From contig CALSSJ010000017.1 in the NCBI GenBank assembly GCA_943788985.1, forward strand, positions 96,001 through 160,000: a DNA stretch of 64,000 nucleotides, in the 5' to 3' direction. Positions 62,184-64,000 of the stretch are shown here, in pieces (position 1 is the first letter of the stretch; each line of letters opens with the position of its first letter). Source of the stretch: an uncultured Lentisphaerales bacterium. GTDB taxonomy: Bacteria > Verrucomicrobiota > Lentisphaeria > JABSQK01 > UBA12247. The notes under the pieces were generated by a model that was not told the origin of the DNA, ran no database searches, and was given only the letters and a program-made list of their open reading frames with translations. The position numbers and the translations under genes are program-made.

Positions 62184-62936
62184 ATGAAGAAGAAGATCGA
62201 CACAGCTGATGTCATCATCAGCACCGAAAATGTAAAGAAACTTTACATCACCGGCGAGGAAGAGCTCTGGGCACTCAAAGGAATTTCCCTCGATGTCTAC
62301 CGCGGCGAGATTCTCTCGATCATGGGCCCATCCGGCTCCGGAAAGTCCACCTTTTTCAACCAGATCGGCGCCTTAGATGTCCCAACTGAAGGCAAAGTGC
62401 ACTTCGAAGGGCAGTCCGTTTTTGACATGTCCGAGGCTCAGCAAGCGTGGTTTCGCTGCAACAAGATCGGCTACATCTTCCAGACTTTCAACCTCATCCA
62501 GGTCATGAGCGCATTGCAAAATGTCACTCTGCCCATGGTGTTTCAGGGCACCTCCAAAGAAGAAGCCGAATCACGCGGCATCAGCATCCTCGAGCGAGTC
62601 GGATTGGGCGAGCGCATGCACCACAAGCCCAGCGAACTCTCTGGCGGTCAGCAACAGCGCGTGGCCGTCGCCCGCGCCTTGGCCAACACTCCCGCAGTCA
62701 TTCTCGCAGACGAACCCACCGGTAACCTTGACACAGCCACCGGCTCCGAAATCATCGAACTGCTAAAAACGCTCAACCGCGAAATGGACGTCACCGTCGT
62801 CTGCTCCACCCATGACACCAAAATGCTCAAGTCCTCCGACCGTGTCTGCTGGATCCTCGACGGCCGACTCGACAAAATCAGCTCCATGGAAGAGTTCGAC
62901 CTCGAATCCATGGCCAAGGACGACCAGGGCCGCTAA
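62184..62936 (+). CDS. LolD/MacB-type ABC ATPase (paralog)
   Basis: GPSGSGKS, LSGGQQQR, LADEPTGNLD. Confidence 0.92.
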   Translation: MKKKIDTADVIISTENVKKLYITGEEELWALKGISLDVYRGEILSIMGPSGSGKSTFFNQIGALDVPTEGKVHFEGQSVFDMSEAQQAWFRCNKIGYIFQTFNLIQVMSALQNVTLPMVFQGTSKEEAESRGISILERVGLGERMHHKPSELSGGQQQRVAVARALANTPAVILADEPTGNLDTATGSEIIELLKTLNREMDVTVVCSTHDTKMLKSSDRVCWILDGRLDKISSMEEFDLESMAKDDQGR

Positions 62937-62986
62937 TGCGCCTGGGCTAACGTCGTACAAGTCACGCATTCATCGAGAGAATCGCA

Positions 62987-63190
62987 ATCACACAGCCATT
63001 CACACCAGCAGACCAAGCCAGCCTGAGTCAAGCCGTCGAGAACAGCCTCGCCATCGCCCGCGCCTACCGCCGCGATGTCGCCGACGAGAATTCCATTCTC
63101 CTCCTCCAAAGCCTGCTCAACGTCGACACCATTCTCGGTACCGGCCACGCCCGGGATGACGACGACATCCTCGCCCTGCCAGGCGACTAA
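62987..63190 (+). other. Small coding-like frame lacking a canonical start
   Basis: Open 62951-63190: ITQPFTPADQASLSQAVENSLAIARAYRRDVADENSILLLQSLL..; GC3-rich codons. Confidence 0.35.
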
Positions 63191-63911
63191 CCGTTTGGCC
63201 TGGGACCGCACCATCCCGGAGGGATCAACGAACATAGCCGGGTGGGAAGGCACCGGACTCATCCCCGGGCACTTGTTGTTTAAAGGCATTTATCGCATCG
63301 GTAGCCGGCCCTTTTGCATACTCCAGATCCATTACCACACCGCCTAATACGAAACGCGCTTAGCATCTTCACGGCAACCAACGTAGGGACCAATGGGTTC
63401 GGGAACCACCCTCTACGCTGGAGACACAGAGCCACGGAGGCGAGAGACCCTTCGTTTCAACCTCCGAAAAGGGCGGAGCCTGGCGCAATCCCCGCCGGTG
63501 CGTGAGCGACCGGTTTGCGTCCCCCGGCATCAAGACCAGCGGCCGATACATCACCTACTGTCCAATTCTATGTGTAGCCCACTGGGCTGGCATGGGGAAA
63601 AGACTGCGCGTTTAAGGATTTGCGATCGGGATATCGCCGCCATCCCCCGTCCTCGCTCACTGCCCCGGCAAGAACGCGACATGCGCCTCAGGCCTCAGGC
63701 GTATAGCGGGTATGCCGCGGTTTTGGAATGGCAAGCTTGTCGTCGATCAGATCAAAATTCAGGCATTGCAACCGCCCTACAAGGCGCTAGGATACGCAGC
63801 GAATCGGCCTTTTGACCGTGAGTAGCAGGAAGCGAGCGAAAAGTTCGAGACGGGAACGACTACCGAGGTGTGGGCTGCCAGGTTTTTTTCTGGAGTGCTG
63901 GAGAAGAGATC

Positions 63912-64000
63912 ATGCGGGACGAGCCCGAAACACTGCTTGAGATGCGCGAGGTACTCAGGCGTCTGGCGATCAGCAAACCGACGTTTTACCGGTTGCTGCG
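63912..64000 (+). CDS. Excisionase/AlpA-like HTH N-terminus (partial)
   Basis: GGAG upstream; MRDEPETLLEMREVLRRLAISKPTFYRLL. Confidence 0.7.
   Translation, partial: MRDEPETLLEMREVLRRLAISKPTFYRLL

Noticed and set aside
1..64000. CRISPR array, rRNA, tRNA, intact IS
   Set aside because: No regularly spaced direct repeats, cas genes, cloverleaf signatures or intact transposase seen by eye

Overview
A GC-rich bacterial chromosomal segment; gene content (DPxAAxxW helical-repeat protein, squalene-cyclase-like repeat protein, TMTC-like proteins, DUF1080, His6-type HisA) suggests a PVC-superphylum organism such as Lentisphaeria/Kiritimatiellia (inference). It is mostly housekeeping genes: recQ (runs off the left edge, missing from the ORF track), pgsA, gph, dapF, grpE-dnaJ, infC-rpmI-rplT, xerC, serB, metG, ndk, ilvD, typA, hisA, panB, DAHP synthase, rubredoxin, pepF, Yej-like and LolD/FtsX-like ABC parts, and a Phd-PIN toxin-antitoxin pair. 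Deletion-collapsed pseudogenes and several families of short intergenic repeats lie between them. I found no rRNA, tRNA, CRISPR array or intact IS. Best leads: (i) a bacterial homologue of the eukaryotic N-degron enzyme NTAQ1 (WDYHV) between an oligopeptidase and a peptide ABC permease, whose catalytic Cys lies upstream of any canonical start; (ii) a ~145-nt structured RNA leader that could sequester the SD of the AUU-starting infC; (iii) a ligand-less Rieske-like domain inserted in a YejB-like permease; (iv) several genes that appear to need near-cognate start codons; (v) dispersed intergenic repeat families, one sitting at a gene truncation. All calls are by eye from motifs; no database searches were run.
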